A stretch of DNA of 60,706 nt, counting the filler. It is 5 parts of 5 records of this genome, joined end to end, with 100 filler letters (N's around TTAATTAATTAA, not from the genome) between each part and the next. Parts side by side here need not be neighbours in the genome. Positions count along the whole stretch, not along the records: positions 21,900 to 34,863 come from SRR31156797_2341; positions 34,964 to 48,597 come from SRR31156797_2343; 3 more parts are not named here. One strand, given 5' to 3'. Of the stretch, positions 29,088 through 39,700 are shown piece by piece; positions within the stretch are counted from its first letter, which is position 1, and the number at the start of each line of letters is the position of its first letter. The notes under the pieces are model-generated. The model searched no databases. It was not told where the DNA came from and worked only from the letters and a program-made list of their open reading frames with translations. Both the position numbers and the translations under genes were made by a program.

Positions 29088-30648
29088 AGCTCAATCCCGC
29101 CAATCCGATCAGTTCCGGATGGGCATTGAGGAAGTTACGCGCAATATTGATGGATACGCCAAAATTCATTGGATCGACAACCCTGGCGAAAGCCCGCTGT
29201 CGCTCCTTGTCGCCTTCGGACAAAGAGATGGTGCCATCCAAACGGTCCAGAAGATCGGTCACGGTGCCCAGAATTTCTTCCGGCGTGTTGTCGACTACTT
29301 CGATTCCGGTGTTCTCAAACACAGTCGGGAATATCTGTGTAAACGTCGGATTATCCAATGCTTCGGCCAATGGAATCAAACGACCTGTCCGTTTCTCTCG
29401 CAACAATTTATGGGCCAGCACGACGGTGCCTGCATGTGGCCAGTTCCAAAGCGGGAAGGCGTTGCTCAGGGCGATCGGAACGTCATAGGCGCCGGCCACC
29501 ATTAGGGGACCCGAAGTCGTTCCAAAGAACAGCCTCGCTCCGGCGATACAAAAAATGTCGAGCCAATCCTCCTGGGCATCACACCGGGCATAGTCGATCA
29601 CGTTGGGCATATCCGGCAGGGCGGTCATGGTCGAATCGCCGATGCGCACGACCCAGCCGCCGCGACGGGTGATTTCCCGGACAGCCGGCATATAGTCCAC
29701 CAGTTTTCCGTTTCGGAGCCGGTTGTGGCTCCAGGCCACTTGTTCACTGTGGTACCCGCCCTCGCGGACGTGAAGGCACGCGAACCAGACATCTTCCGGC
29801 AATCCCAATTTGCTGAGAGCCTTTCGGCCGCGCCCACGCTGCGCCTCCGTCAAGACCAGAAGCGGCGGCCGCCCTTCGGCCTGCCAACGTTGTTGAACCC
29901 ACCAATAGGCCAAGTCCCGGTTGACGGTCCGTCCGTCAGGCAGGGTCATGAAGTCGAGATTGAATCGCCGCTCGGACAGGCGTTCGCTCTCGGCTCGAAC
30001 CTTGTCCGGATCGGTAACGATGTCGATATGGTCGCTCCAGGCTTCCAGCAGGAAACGATTAATGACGAATTCGGAAGGCGCCATAAGGATGGCGCGGAAG
30101 TCTTCAATCAGCCCCAATTTTTTCGCTTTGACGAACAGATCCAGCTTGTGAATGGTTTCGCCGATATGCGTGCAGACGACCTTGTTGGGCACCAGTTGCC
30201 GAACATCGGGCTCGCCCTTTTCCGCCGCCAGGGCCCTGGCCCGCACCGCCATCATATCTAGAGCCGAGCGAAACATACCCGATGCCAGATCGAAGTCGCC
30301 CTTGAAATAACTAAGGTCTCCGAGTTCGAAGGCGATTTCCTCGGGCGCCCAATTGACCAGGTCGGCAAGAATGTTCCAGGCGTCCTGGAATTCGCCTTTC
30401 ATTTTGTGGATTTGCGCCAGCCGGAATAGCAGGTGCGGCCTTTCCGGTGTGTTCAGATCGTGGGCCAGGGCTTTTTTCAGATAAGGTTCCGCCAGGAGGG
30501 CGTAGTTTTTCCGGGTCGAACAGTAAAGCCCCATGTCCCGGTTCGCTATATAGCCGTCAGGGTCTGCTTCCACGGCTTTCCAAAGCCGGGTGCGGGTGGC
30601 CAAACCGACGACTTCAACCGTTCCTTCCTTGTCGGTATGTTCGATCAT
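29074..30648 (-). CDS. TIGR04372-family putative glycosyltransferase with N-terminal TPR (copy 2); start revised to ATG at 30648
   Basis: Same motifs; N-terminus aligns with copies 1 and 3 from VVGLATRTRLW; 14-nt overlap with copy 1. Confidence 0.8.
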   Translation of the reverse strand: MIEHTDKEGTVEVVGLATRTRLWKAVEADPDGYIANRDMGLYCSTRKNYALLAEPYLKKALAHDLNTPERPHLLFRLAQIHKMKGEFQDAWNILADLVNWAPEEIAFELGDLSYFKGDFDLASGMFRSALDMMAVRARALAAEKGEPDVRQLVPNKVVCTHIGETIHKLDLFVKAKKLGLIEDFRAILMAPSEFVINRFLLEAWSDHIDIVTDPDKVRAESERLSERRFNLDFMTLPDGRTVNRDLAYWWVQQRWQAEGRPPLLVLTEAQRGRGRKALSKLGLPEDVWFACLHVREGGYHSEQVAWSHNRLRNGKLVDYMPAVREITRRGGWVVRIGDSTMTALPDMPNVIDYARCDAQEDWLDIFCIAGARLFFGTTSGPLMVAGAYDVPIALSNAFPLWNWPHAGTVVLAHKLLREKRTGRLIPLAEALDNPTFTQIFPTVFENTGIEVVDNTPEEILGTVTDLLDRLDGTISLSEGDKERQRAFARVVDPMNFGVSINIARNFLNAHPELIGLAGLSYERK

Positions 30649-30856
30649 CGATCGCCGGTCTTCCAAACTTCGTGCTCCCTCGCCGGCCCAACCAAGCGGA
30701 TTTCCCATTACGCAACAGGATCCCGGCGCTCCCGAAATTACCAGGCTGGACCACGATCTCCATTGGCCGGCCTGACCGGCACATTGATTGCTAAGTAGCG
30801 AGAGTACGGCAATAATCGCCGAAGGTGAAGAAAACTGGCTTACAGCGGAGAAACCG

Positions 30857-32026
30857 ATGGATAGCGATTCAGTTCCGGAGGCGGTTGATTTCGACAAATC
30901 CTCTGGCGTGAGCTGTCCGCTTTGCGGCAGTGACGAAATTCAATCCTATACCCTTCCGTTTCGAAGCATTCGGCACATGGATTTCGGTTGGCATTCGCGG
31001 AACAACCACATGTTAAACCAGTGTTCGACCTGCGCCATGATTTTCGGCGACCTCGCGCAGAATCTCTCCTCGTATTTTGGCGCTCCCGAATACGCCCATT
31101 CCTATCACTCGGAAGTACACGTGCATCTGAAGGACAGGGCCGAGGCCGTTTCCAATCATTTTCTGCAGGCCGGCATGGTCAGCGAACACATGCGGGCGAA
31201 TACCCCGCGAATACTCGATATCGGATGTTTCGACGGCAGGTTTCTGATCGAATTGAAGCGACAGTTCGAAACGTGCCAACTGTGCGGGCTCGATGTCTCT
31301 CCCCACATCGGACAGATGTTCCCAAAACAAACCGGTTTTGAGTTTTTTCAAGGGGATATCGACAAGACAACCGGAACCTTCGATGCCGTTACCTTCTTCG
31401 ATTCTCCGGTCTATATCCGCGACCTGCCCGGATGCTTGAAAACAATCGCCGGCAAACTGAACCCCGGCGGTTTTGTGTTTTTCATGGCACCCGATTCGTC
31501 AAGAAACCGGACGACCACCCTGCTCGGCGATCAATTCTATTATTTCACCCCCACCAACACCCTCAATCTGATGGCTGAATCGGATTTCGAAGCGCTACCG
31601 ATCGATATCGATGCCACATTTCCGAGACATCTGGCATTCCTGGCGAAACCCGCATCCAAGCCGGTTGCCTTGGCCAAGAACGTTGACCGGTCGGCCGAGG
31701 AAGCGAGCTCCTATTTGAACACCTTCCGGGACGAATTGGAGCGGTTCGTCGGTGAATGGGATGAAAAATATGTGGGTATGGGCCGACTTGGCGTTTTAGG
31801 CACCAAACACAATGCCGCCGCGGCAAAAGCCGTACTCGGCAGCCGGATTGACTTCTTTGCCGATGAAACCCCGCATACCAATGGCGCTTTGTTTCACGGC
31901 ATGCCGGTGATTCATCCATCGGAATTGGAAGCGACCGATATGCTGGTCCTCCCGTATGGCCACTCCGCTGCCGCCATAGCCGAACGATTGCAGAGCCAAT
32001 ACGCCTTTCAGGTATTTCCCGTCTAA
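30857..32026 (+). CDS. Class I SAM-dependent methyltransferase with N-terminal Zn-binding motif (sugar C-methyltransferase-like)
   Basis: CPLC...CSTC, ILDIGCFDG, LNPGGFVF; RBS GGAG before the ATG at 30857. Confidence 0.8.
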   Translation: MDSDSVPEAVDFDKSSGVSCPLCGSDEIQSYTLPFRSIRHMDFGWHSRNNHMLNQCSTCAMIFGDLAQNLSSYFGAPEYAHSYHSEVHVHLKDRAEAVSNHFLQAGMVSEHMRANTPRILDIGCFDGRFLIELKRQFETCQLCGLDVSPHIGQMFPKQTGFEFFQGDIDKTTGTFDAVTFFDSPVYIRDLPGCLKTIAGKLNPGGFVFFMAPDSSRNRTTTLLGDQFYYFTPTNTLNLMAESDFEALPIDIDATFPRHLAFLAKPASKPVALAKNVDRSAEEASSYLNTFRDELERFVGEWDEKYVGMGRLGVLGTKHNAAAAKAVLGSRIDFFADETPHTNGALFHGMPVIHPSELEATDMLVLPYGHSAAAIAERLQSQYAFQVFPV

Positions 32027-33576
32027 GACGCGATCGAGCGGAATTCGTTGCCAATCAATTCGGGGTGCTTTCGTAAAAACCGGGATGCCATGCGCACCGT
32101 AAAACCGAACCCGAAAGGATCGATGGCCGAGGCATAGGCCGCTTGCCGTTGTTCTTCTATTCGCGTGTAGGTCGCCGTTCCATCGAGACGATCCATCAGT
32201 TCCTCGACCGTCGCCAGGATTTCGTCCGGGCTGTTGTCGACCACATCAAATCCGGCGCGTTCGAAGATTTTCGGAAAAATCTGGGTGTATTCGGGCGTTT
32301 GCAAAGCTTCGGCAATGGAAACGGTCGCCCCGTCCGACCTTCGCCGTAAAAGCTTGTGGGCCATCACGACGTGGCCGCCGTGTAGCCAACTCCACAACGG
32401 GAATGCATTGCTCAGGGCGACGGGCACACCGAACGCACTGGCAACCATCAACGGCCCCGATGTCGTCCCAAAGAAAAGACGAGCCCCGGCGATACAGTAA
32501 ACATCCATCCAATCGGTTTTTTCGGATTTCGTCAGATCAATTACATGCGGGATCGCGGGCAACGCCGTCATCGAAGGATCGCCAATCCGAACCACCCATC
32601 CGCCTTTCGATGTCACATGTTCGATCGCTGCCAGATAGTCCTGAAGTTGGCCGTTGCGGTGACGGTTGTGGCTCCACGCCACATTTTCACTGTGATACCC
32701 GTCCTCGCGGACATGCAGGCATGCGAACCAGGCGTCTTCGGGCATTCCAAGCTGGCTCAGAGCATGTCTTCCGCGGTTACGGTGTTCCGGTTTAAGTGTC
32801 AGCAAGGGTGCTCTTTTTTGTTCATGCCAGCGTTGCTGGACAATCCAGTAGGCGATGTCACGGTTATAAGCGAGCCCGTCCGGCATCTGGTAATAGTCAA
32901 GATTGAACAGGCCGCCGCCATGCACATTTTGCATTTGATCGGCATATTCTCGCTCGTCGACGATTGGCAGGTAGTCGCGCCAGTAGTCCATTAGGCACGG
33001 ATTGGCGATTTTCGCGCTATCGACGATCAACAGGGGGCTGAAGGGTTCAACCCACCCCAATTCGCGCGCCTTTACGAACAGGTCCAGTTTGTGGATGGTT
33101 TCTCCGATATGCGTATAGACCACTTTGTTCGGCACAAGGGTACGAGTGTCGTATCCGTCGGTTTTTTCCCTGGCATACTGGGCTTGCAGTTCGATCGTCT
33201 TCAAGGCGGTAGCGTAAAGGGGTGAAGCCGCTTCCGGCCCCACCTTGATGGACTGGATGTCACCAAGTTCAAAGGCGCTTTCGATCAACAGGTTCTTGCT
33301 GGCTTCGGAAAACGCCTCCCACGCCTTGTCGAATTCGCCTGATGCCTTGTAAACCCCGCCAAGCTTCAATAGAAGCCAGGATCGTTCCGCCTTGTCGTCG
33401 ATATCGAAAGTGAGGGCTTTTCGCAGATAGGGTTCTGCAAGAAGAACCATGTTCTTCATTCTGGCACAATAAAGGCCCATGTCCCGATTGGCCTCGTAGT
33501 CATCGGGATTGGCTTCCACGGCATTCCAAAGCCCGGTGCGTGTGGTCAAACCGACAACATCGTCATCTTTGCTCAT
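32023..33576 (-). CDS. TIGR04372-family putative glycosyltransferase with N-terminal TPR (copy 3)
   Basis: Same motif set; LVPNKVV.THIGETIHKLDLFVKA shared with copies 1 and 2. Confidence 0.8.
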   Translation of the reverse strand: MSKDDDVVGLTTRTGLWNAVEANPDDYEANRDMGLYCARMKNMVLLAEPYLRKALTFDIDDKAERSWLLLKLGGVYKASGEFDKAWEAFSEASKNLLIESAFELGDIQSIKVGPEAASPLYATALKTIELQAQYAREKTDGYDTRTLVPNKVVYTHIGETIHKLDLFVKARELGWVEPFSPLLIVDSAKIANPCLMDYWRDYLPIVDEREYADQMQNVHGGGLFNLDYYQMPDGLAYNRDIAYWIVQQRWHEQKRAPLLTLKPEHRNRGRHALSQLGMPEDAWFACLHVREDGYHSENVAWSHNRHRNGQLQDYLAAIEHVTSKGGWVVRIGDPSMTALPAIPHVIDLTKSEKTDWMDVYCIAGARLFFGTTSGPLMVASAFGVPVALSNAFPLWSWLHGGHVVMAHKLLRRRSDGATVSIAEALQTPEYTQIFPKIFERAGFDVVDNSPDEILATVEELMDRLDGTATYTRIEEQRQAAYASAIDPFGFGFTVRMASRFLRKHPELIGNEFRSIAS

Positions 33577-33809
33577 GATCCACTTCCGTCAGACGCATCA
33601 CCCGTCTCCAGTAGCCCTGGATGGGCATCAAGGAAATTGCCCTCAAACTTGGCGGATACGCCGAAACCGGGCCAATCCACAACCATTGCGAATGCCGGCT
33701 GCCCTTCCTCGTTTTCCTCGGAGGAGGATTTGGTGCCTTCCAGACGACCCGTCAACAACGCGCCCAGGACGGAGCCGGAGGGAAACCTCGGTCGCTTCGG
33801 GAACATCAT
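33573..33809 (-). pseudogene. C-terminal remnant of a fourth TIGR04372 paralog
   Basis: GRLEGTKSSSEENEEGQPAFAMVVDWPGFGVSAKFEGNFLDAHPGLL aligns with DRLDGTISLSEGDKERQRAFARVVDPMNFGVSINIARNFLNAHPELI; its TGA overlaps the ATG of copy 3. Confidence 0.7.
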
Positions 33810-33821
33810 TCAAATCCGCTT

Positions 33822-34694
33822 CTACCCTGCAAAAGAATCACCCGATTGCAGGGGACGGTCGAACTCGAACAGATCGCATTTCCCGTCGATCGGCATAACC
33901 GTCTCGAAGACCGTGGTTGAAATTGGAAAGGAATTGGCCAGATTTCTGACCGGCCCGGAATTTCCGCCTTCCGCGTCGATTTTCTCGGCCGCCCACGAAA
34001 ATACATTCCGATAGCCCTTTCCACAGAATTCCAGCGTGCGGCGACCGTCGACGGCAAGCGCGCAGGCCACGTATCCGATTTGCAGCCCGACCTCGGGATG
34101 TGGCGCCATCACATAACCGGAAATGGGTTGGATATAGTCATTGGCGTCATCCGCCGAAGTGCCGAAATTGACGTATCGGCAGGGACAGAACAGTTCGTAG
34201 GCGACCGTTTTTCCCGCCCATGAAATCCGCATGAACAGGTTGCGTACGAACAGCGTCCGATTTCGCAACCGCTCAAGAGCTTCGGCAACCTCGACAATCC
34301 TCGCATTTCGCTGCCTGCAATGAGCTTCGGCGGTGAAACTGTCGTGCATCGCGTTGGCGAGCAACGGACTTGTTTCATCCCTTTCGGTGCTCTCCTCCTT
34401 GATCGGACGAACCGAAATGTCGCTGTTGGTAAGTTGGACCGCCCGACCATCGAAGATCGCCATCACGAATTCCAAAGACTTGCCAACCTGAAAAATGGAA
34501 GATGGGTTGCCGCCGTTTATTAGAGGCACATCTTCGCTGCGGCATTCTTTTGATAGATAGTGCCAGCGCTCATCGTCCGTGGTTTTTTCCGCCACGGCAC
34601 ACAGTATTTCCGTTGTCCAGGCATTGTCCGACGAGGCCCCAAGCACAAGAAAGCCATTGTCCAGGTCTGGTGCTTTGAAAAACGTCGATTCCAT
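33822..34694 (-). CDS. Hypothetical protein (290 aa, no recognised family)
   Basis: Long ORF co-oriented with the island genes; no motif recognised. Confidence 0.6.
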   Translation of the reverse strand: MESTFFKAPDLDNGFLVLGASSDNAWTTEILCAVAEKTTDDERWHYLSKECRSEDVPLINGGNPSSIFQVGKSLEFVMAIFDGRAVQLTNSDISVRPIKEESTERDETSPLLANAMHDSFTAEAHCRQRNARIVEVAEALERLRNRTLFVRNLFMRISWAGKTVAYELFCPCRYVNFGTSADDANDYIQPISGYVMAPHPEVGLQIGYVACALAVDGRRTLEFCGKGYRNVFSWAAEKIDAEGGNSGPVRNLANSFPISTTVFETVMPIDGKCDLFEFDRPLQSGDSFAG

Positions 34695-34863
34695 AAACCG
34701 GTAACCCCTGTCAATCGGCTGCGGTCGCCTATTCCAGCAACTGCGGATGGCGTTTCACGAATGCCGGCGAAATCGGAAGTAGGAATCCGAGTTTGTATGG
34801 GTCGGCCAGATAGCGGTAGCTCTTCTGTGAAATGGCATCCTCGTTCGACACGGAATTTCCTTC

Positions 34864-34963
34864 NNNNNNNNNNNNNNNNNNNNNNNNNNNNNNNNNNNNN
34901 NNNNNNNTTAATTAATTAANNNNNNNNNNNNNNNNNNNNNNNNNNNNNNNNNNNNNNNNNNNN
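34864..34963. other. Artificial contig-joining spacer
   Basis: N44-TTAATTAATTAA-N44. Confidence 0.97.
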
Positions 34964-35442
34964 TATAATCCATCAGCCCACCACCAATAATCAATATTTG
35001 AAGTACTTGTTTGATACTCCATTACCTCAATGGCTCTGGCTATCATTGTTTCGTCTTTTGGTTCACTTAAATTGTATAAATCAATATAAGTCTGAAAGCA
35101 GATTTGCCAGTCGCCAAATAGTACGTAATTGTCTGATTCTCCATAGGAATATCTCCAGTTTTCGGGATTATCTGACTTGGCACCCATCCATTCATTTTGA
35201 ACAGACCAGGCTGTAGAATATTGTTTATAACGATTAATACCTGTTAATTCATATGCTGCCATATTTCCGGTATGATAAGCAGCATTATCCCAAAATGCTC
35301 TGCCATGATCTGGGTTAGATATTTGCCAATGATCGTTAACTGTTTTAATTGTATTATAAATTACTTCTTTAGAAGGAAGTTCTTGAGCACTAATGAATAG
35401 TGGAATAATCGTAAAGGTTATTAGCAGACTAATATTTTTCAT
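34964..35442 (-). CDS. GH105/GH88 unsaturated glucuronyl hydrolase, N-terminal fragment
   Basis: Signal peptide; FWDNAAYHTGNM, LFGDWQICFQTYIDLY and YWWWADGL motifs; truncated at the gap. Confidence 0.8.
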
Positions 35443-35481
35443 AAACCAAAAAGGGTTTTTGACAACAATTTTTTTAAAGAA

Positions 35482-36639
35482 TTATTTGGCAAAGAATGAT
35501 AAGTCCCATTCATCATACCATTTAATGGTAGGAGTATCATTTTCGAAAGTAATAGGTAACCAAATGTAACGTCCATCAATAGGATTGCGTGGAGTCCAGC
35601 GGTCGCCCATATAAATAAAGGCGTTTTCTTTACCATCAACAGGCAAAACATAAGTACTTTGCGAATGAAATGTTAACTCAGCATCCTTTCCCTTGCAAGG
35701 ATTTTCAAGCATTTCCCATGGTCCCCAAATATTTGGAGCTACAGATAAACGTGCAGCATTAGGATCCCAACCAGTACATCCTGATGTAATCATGTAGTAT
35801 TTATCATTGTACTTAAAAAGGGCAGGAGCTTCATTATGCCCTCCCGGGAAAAGACGAATCCATTTGTCTGTAAAACCGGTATAGTCTTCGTTTAATTCAG
35901 ATATGTGAATGGTCAGATTTTCTTCAGCAGAATGCACATGGTAAGCTTTTCCATCATCATCAACAAATAAGGTCATGTCGCGCGACATTTGTCCTTTTTC
36001 AAAATCATGCCTTACAAAAAGTCCGTTTTCAACTTCTTTAAACCATTCTTTGGTCCACCAGTCTTTCTTCCATTCTTGTATACCTGTTTTGTATTCTTCC
36101 GGATAATCTAATGGCCAGGTGCCGGCATTTACGCGAAAAGATTGTTTAAAGGTATAAGGGCCGGTAACTTTTTCGCTGGTAGCCACAGCTGTTTTGGCAG
36201 CAGCATAACCTTGTCCTTTGAGCTCAAGGTGAAACCACATAACAAACTGTTTTGTTTTTTCATTGTAAATTACTTTAGGACGCTCCATAACGCATCCTTT
36301 GGTAATTTCAGAATCAGGATCTTCCACGGAACTTAAAGCAATGCCTTCATCTTTCCAGTTATATAAATCGGTAGATGAATAGCATCGAATTCCGATTAAT
36401 GAAGTATTTCCTCCTCTTCCGGAAGTTTTATGTTCTCCAAACCAATAATAGGTTCCTTCGTGAAAAAGAATTCCTCCACCGTGAGCATTAATATGAACAC
36501 TATCATTATCCAACCAAATTTCTCCGGGTTGAAAACTACTGTATTTAGATTCAGTACCTTTTTTGGGGTTGGAATTTCCATTGCATGAAAAGAAAGAAAT
36601 GCAAATGGAGAATAATAAAACACTTTTAAGCAGATTCAT
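35482..36639 (-). CDS. GH43 subfamily 24-like exo-beta-1,3-galactanase lipoprotein
   Basis: Lipobox FFSC; HINAHGGG, YYWFGE, ERPKVIYN, SRDMTLFVDDDG, EAPA, SQSTYV and MGDRW motifs. Confidence 0.85.
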   Translation of the reverse strand: MNLLKSVLLFSICISFFSCNGNSNPKKGTESKYSSFQPGEIWLDNDSVHINAHGGGILFHEGTYYWFGEHKTSGRGGNTSLIGIRCYSSTDLYNWKDEGIALSSVEDPDSEITKGCVMERPKVIYNEKTKQFVMWFHLELKGQGYAAAKTAVATSEKVTGPYTFKQSFRVNAGTWPLDYPEEYKTGIQEWKKDWWTKEWFKEVENGLFVRHDFEKGQMSRDMTLFVDDDGKAYHVHSAEENLTIHISELNEDYTGFTDKWIRLFPGGHNEAPALFKYNDKYYMITSGCTGWDPNAARLSVAPNIWGPWEMLENPCKGKDAELTFHSQSTYVLPVDGKENAFIYMGDRWTPRNPIDGRYIWLPITFENDTPTIKWYDEWDLSFFAK

Positions 36640-36665
36640 ATGGTATCAATATTTTAATTTTGAAT

Positions 36666-36673
36666 CAAAAGTA
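36666..36673 (-). promoter_or_regulatory. Bacteroidota -7 promoter box (TACTTTTG) for the GH43-GH105 operon
   Basis: TAnnTTTG match 27 nt upstream of the ATG. Confidence 0.55.
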
Positions 36674-36780
36674 TTGATAAGAAGCTGCTTAAAGTGTAAG
36701 AAATAGATTGTTTAACTATAACAAAATTGAATAATCAAATATTTAATAGTTTTTGTTGTTTTATTTCAATTGGATCAATA

Positions 36781-39700
36781 TCAATTTTTGTTGTGTTTGG
36801 CAATGTATTCTTTTGGTGTACAGTTATAAAAGTCCTTAAAACACCTGGAAAAATAAGACGGGCTTGAAAAACCAACCATATAAATTACTTCTGAAATTGA
36901 GCGCTTATTTTGCACTAACAGAGATGCGGCTGTTTTTAAGCGCTGATTTCGAATAAACTCTTTTACGGTTTGTCCGGTTAGTGCCTTAATTTTTCTGTAT
37001 GCCTGATTCGCGCTTAATCCAATTACTTCACTAAATTTTTCAACATCAAAAGTAGGATCATCAATATGTTTATTAACAGCGTCGACTGCATCTTTTAAAA
37101 CTTTTTCGTCTAACGATGACAATTCAATTTTTTCTGGCTCTAATAATATCTCCTTTTTAAGCTTATGCTGGATGTCTTTTCTACTGCTTAATACATTGAA
37201 GATTCTAAGTTTAAGTGCTTTGAGATGGAACGGTTTAAAAATATAATCAACAGCTCCTAGCTCAAGTCCTTTAATTTCATATTCTGCTAGTGTTTTTGCT
37301 GTTAAGAAAATGACTGGAATATGAGATGTGCCAATATCTTCTCTCAACAATTTGACTAAATCAAATCCATTTAATTCAGGCATCATAACATCCGTAATAA
37401 TGATATCCGGGTTAAAAGATTTTGCCTGTTCAAATCCTTCTTTTCCATTAAATACGCCAATAGTATTGTATTCTGCAGATAAGCCTGTGATGATAAAGTC
37501 ATTCAAATCAGAATCATCTTCCACAACTAAAACTTTGAACTTTTCATCTGGATTGAATTCTCCTGCTGTATTTCTTTTCGTTTTTTCAGATAGTTCTATA
37601 TTCGTTAAATTTTCGTCATCGTTACTATCTTCTTTTTGCTTCCCATCTACATTAAGAGTATTTAATTGGTTAATATTGGCTGGTATTACAACTTTAAAAA
37701 TTGTTCCTTTTCCTAGCTCACTTTGTAGTTCAATTATACCTCCATGCTGTTCTACAAAGGTTTTAGATAAATACAAGCCAATACCTCCGGTGCTGTGTGT
37801 CGATTTTTGATGCGTTTGATAAAAACGTTCGAAAACCTTTTCGTGATGTTGCTCAGCAATGCCTATTCCATCGTCTTCAACCTCAATTACCAATGCCTCA
37901 CCGTACTTTTCTGTATATTCTAATGCTGCATGAACACTTACGGTTCCGCCATCATCGGTATATTTAAATGCATTAGATACCAGGTTAAATAAAATCTTCT
38001 CAATTTTTTCTGAATCTGCGTAGATATCTATTGCAGGCTGACTTAGTTTGACTTTAAATGCAATGGAACGTGAATGTGCCATCTTAATGTATGATTCATA
38101 TAAATCGTTAAGAATAGCTGTGACATTACAATGTTGCAGAAAGATTTCCATCTTACCTTTGTCAATTTTTCTAAAGTCCATTAATTGGTTCACCAGCCTT
38201 AATAGTTTAGTGGTGTTTTTTAGGATTAACTCTGCTTGTTTCGTTATATGAGGAGAAACTTCCTTTTGACTTAACAGGTCTTCTGCAGGCCCTTGTATTA
38301 GCGTAAGAGGTGTTCTGAATTCATGTGTGATATCTGTAAAAAACAAAGTTTTAAGCTCGTTCAGTTTATGCTCTTTTTCAACTTTTAGAGATTCCAGCAT
38401 TATCTGGCCTTTTTCTTTAATGCCAATAATCGAATATCTTTTAAAGAAATACATTATAGAAACGATGATGAAGGCATATGCAATATACGCCCATATAGTT
38501 TTCCACCATGGAGACGCGATAATTATCTTTACTGAAGTGGATTGATGACTCCATACACCATCACTATTGGCTGCTTTTACATGAAAAGTATAATTGCCCG
38601 GAGGAATATTAGTATAGGTAGCGGTATTTCTCGATCCTACCTCATTCCACATTTTATCATATCCGTCTAAAAAGTATGCATATCTGTTTTTATCAGGATC
38701 TTTATAATCCATCGCTGAAAACATGATTGTTAATACTTTATCATTAAAGGATAAATGTATTTCATCTTTGTATGGCATGGTTCGGTAAGTACTGTCTTTA
38801 GGAATTCCACTTTCCAACTCATGTATACTATTATTAAAAATCATAAAGTCAGTGATACATGGTGATGGAGGTGAGGATTGTTTAAATACGCTGTCCGGAT
38901 GAAAATATATGAATCCTTTATTGCCACCTAATACTAGCGTGCCATCTTTCATAGAAACGGCACAGTTTCTTTCTATGGCTAGTTTAAGGTATTCCTTAGT
39001 TAAATAGTCTTTTATCACTCTTTCACTTTGAGGATTAAATTTCACAAGTCCTCTGTATGGTTTAATCCATAATAAGCCAAAGTTATCTTCGAGTATGTTT
39101 GTTATCACATTATTGCCAACTCTTTTTAAAGAGGAATAATTTTTAAACCTGATTTGACGTTCTCCATTTGGCAATTGTATTTCAATTTTTTTGTTTAAAC
39201 CAGAGTTGGAACCCACCCATAGGTTTCCACTGGAATCTTCAAAAATGCAGTTGATCACATTATCATTAATACTAAGGGTATCTGTAAACGAGTGAAAAAA
39301 CTTTTGTATGTTTTGAGTTTTAGGATTGTAGCAGTTTAAGCCATTTTGCGTTCCAATCCATACCAATCCGTCTTTGTCTTCAAGTAAAGCTCTAATATTA
39401 TTATCACTTAAGTCTCTGTTTGTTTCACCACGAGTGATAATTTTAGTAGAAGCTTGTTTGTCTTTATAATGTAAACTCGCTACCCCATTTTGTAAAGTCC
39501 CTAACCAAATGGTATTTGAGGTGTTTTTAGATACAACAAGAGAGGTGACTTTATTCCCGGGAATTCGAGGTGTAGTACTCGCATTAAAATAGATATAATT
39601 CGGGGTGTTTTGTTTTAAAAGATTGTTATTGGGGAATAACAATAAACCTGCATCATCTGTAGCAACCCATAAACCATCATTATTTTTAACCATAGATAGA

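Noticed and set aside
22295-33920. Long antisense or overlapping ORFs (e.g. 22295-22966 +, 24231-25328 -, 25974-27515 +)
   Set aside because: Shadow ORFs opposite motif-bearing genes in GC-rich DNA, with no recognisable domains
33573-34694. Single frameshifted gene joining the 290-aa and 78-aa ORFs
   Set aside because: The 290-aa ORF shows no similarity to the TIGR04372 body while the 78-aa ORF matches its C-terminus; no slippery site was seen
21900-34863. High-GC genomic island inserted in a Bacteroidota chromosome
   Set aside because: Bounded by artificial spacers with truncated genes and no integrase, tRNA or direct repeats; simply a different contig
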